DNA of 64,000 nt from the NCBI GenBank assembly GCA_043732185.1, contig JAYTHY010000088.1, forward strand, positions 3,410 to 67,409, read 5' to 3'. Shown piece by piece: positions 63,981 to 64,000 of the stretch (positions are counted from its first letter, which is position 1; every line of letters begins with the position of its first letter). The DNA comes from Fibrobacteria bacterium (GTDB lineage Bacteria; Fibrobacterota; Fibrobacteria; UBA11236). The translations under genes were made by a program, and so were the position numbers. The notes under the pieces are model-generated. The model did no database searches and was not told the origin of the DNA. It worked only from the letters and a program-made list of their open reading frames with translations.

Positions 63981-64000
63981 AAAATAATGGAATATAAGGC

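Noticed and set aside
1-64000. Scan for rRNA, tRNA, tmRNA/SRP/RNase P RNA, CRISPR arrays, IS elements, integrases and prophage genes
   Set aside because: The largest non-coding gaps are about 150-280 nt, and none showed cloverleaf-like or known ncRNA signature sequences by eye. I saw no spaced direct-repeat arrays and no transposase, integrase or phage-structural motifs in any ORF. A covariance-model scan (tRNAscan-SE/Infernal) would be needed to exclude small RNAs formally.

Overview
A gene-dense 64-kb chromosomal segment of a Gram-negative bacterium, with about 60 protein-coding genes. I found no rRNA, tRNA, CRISPR array, transposase or integrase by eye. The lineage looks like the FCB superphylum, possibly Fibrobacterota-like. 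This is an inference from two TIGR02147-type paralogues, a T9SS-like C-terminal sorting domain, a long FCB-type PurM and a PcrB/GGGPS-family prenyltransferase.

Housekeeping blocks:
- sdaA
- a long minus-strand ribosomal/translation/envelope run, rplM-rpsI-rpsB-tsf-pyrH-frr-uppS-cdsA, followed by dxr-rseP
- alaS, translationally coupled to a GGGPS-like gene
- dnaG-rpoD, then rel
- a stand-alone mitochondrial-type EF-G
- murB
- aroA, a PBP4 fusion gene and a fur-like gene
- a parvulin-surA-methyltransferase-ftsE operon
- purM

Accessory content worth a second look:
1. An ECF-sigma-linked MNIO (DUF692)/DUF2063 RiPP operon. Its 99-aa exported precursor is Cys-rich and carries a lipobox, and a perfect 13-bp hairpin separates the precursor gene from the enzyme genes. 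It looks bufferin/oxazolin-like but has an unusual core motif.
2. An orphan three-gene pseudopilin operon. Its last member carries a 30-Cys domain and a proline-rich tail.
3. Two TIGR02147 paralogues, each translationally coupled to a lipoprotein gene.
4. A compact second CHC2-Toprim primase-like gene.
5. A DUF4388 gene abutting the rel stop codon.
6. A block of secreted hydrolases: SGNH, M64 and GH172/DUF2961 with a T9SS-type tail.

All functional calls come from motif recognition in the supplied translations. No database search was run.
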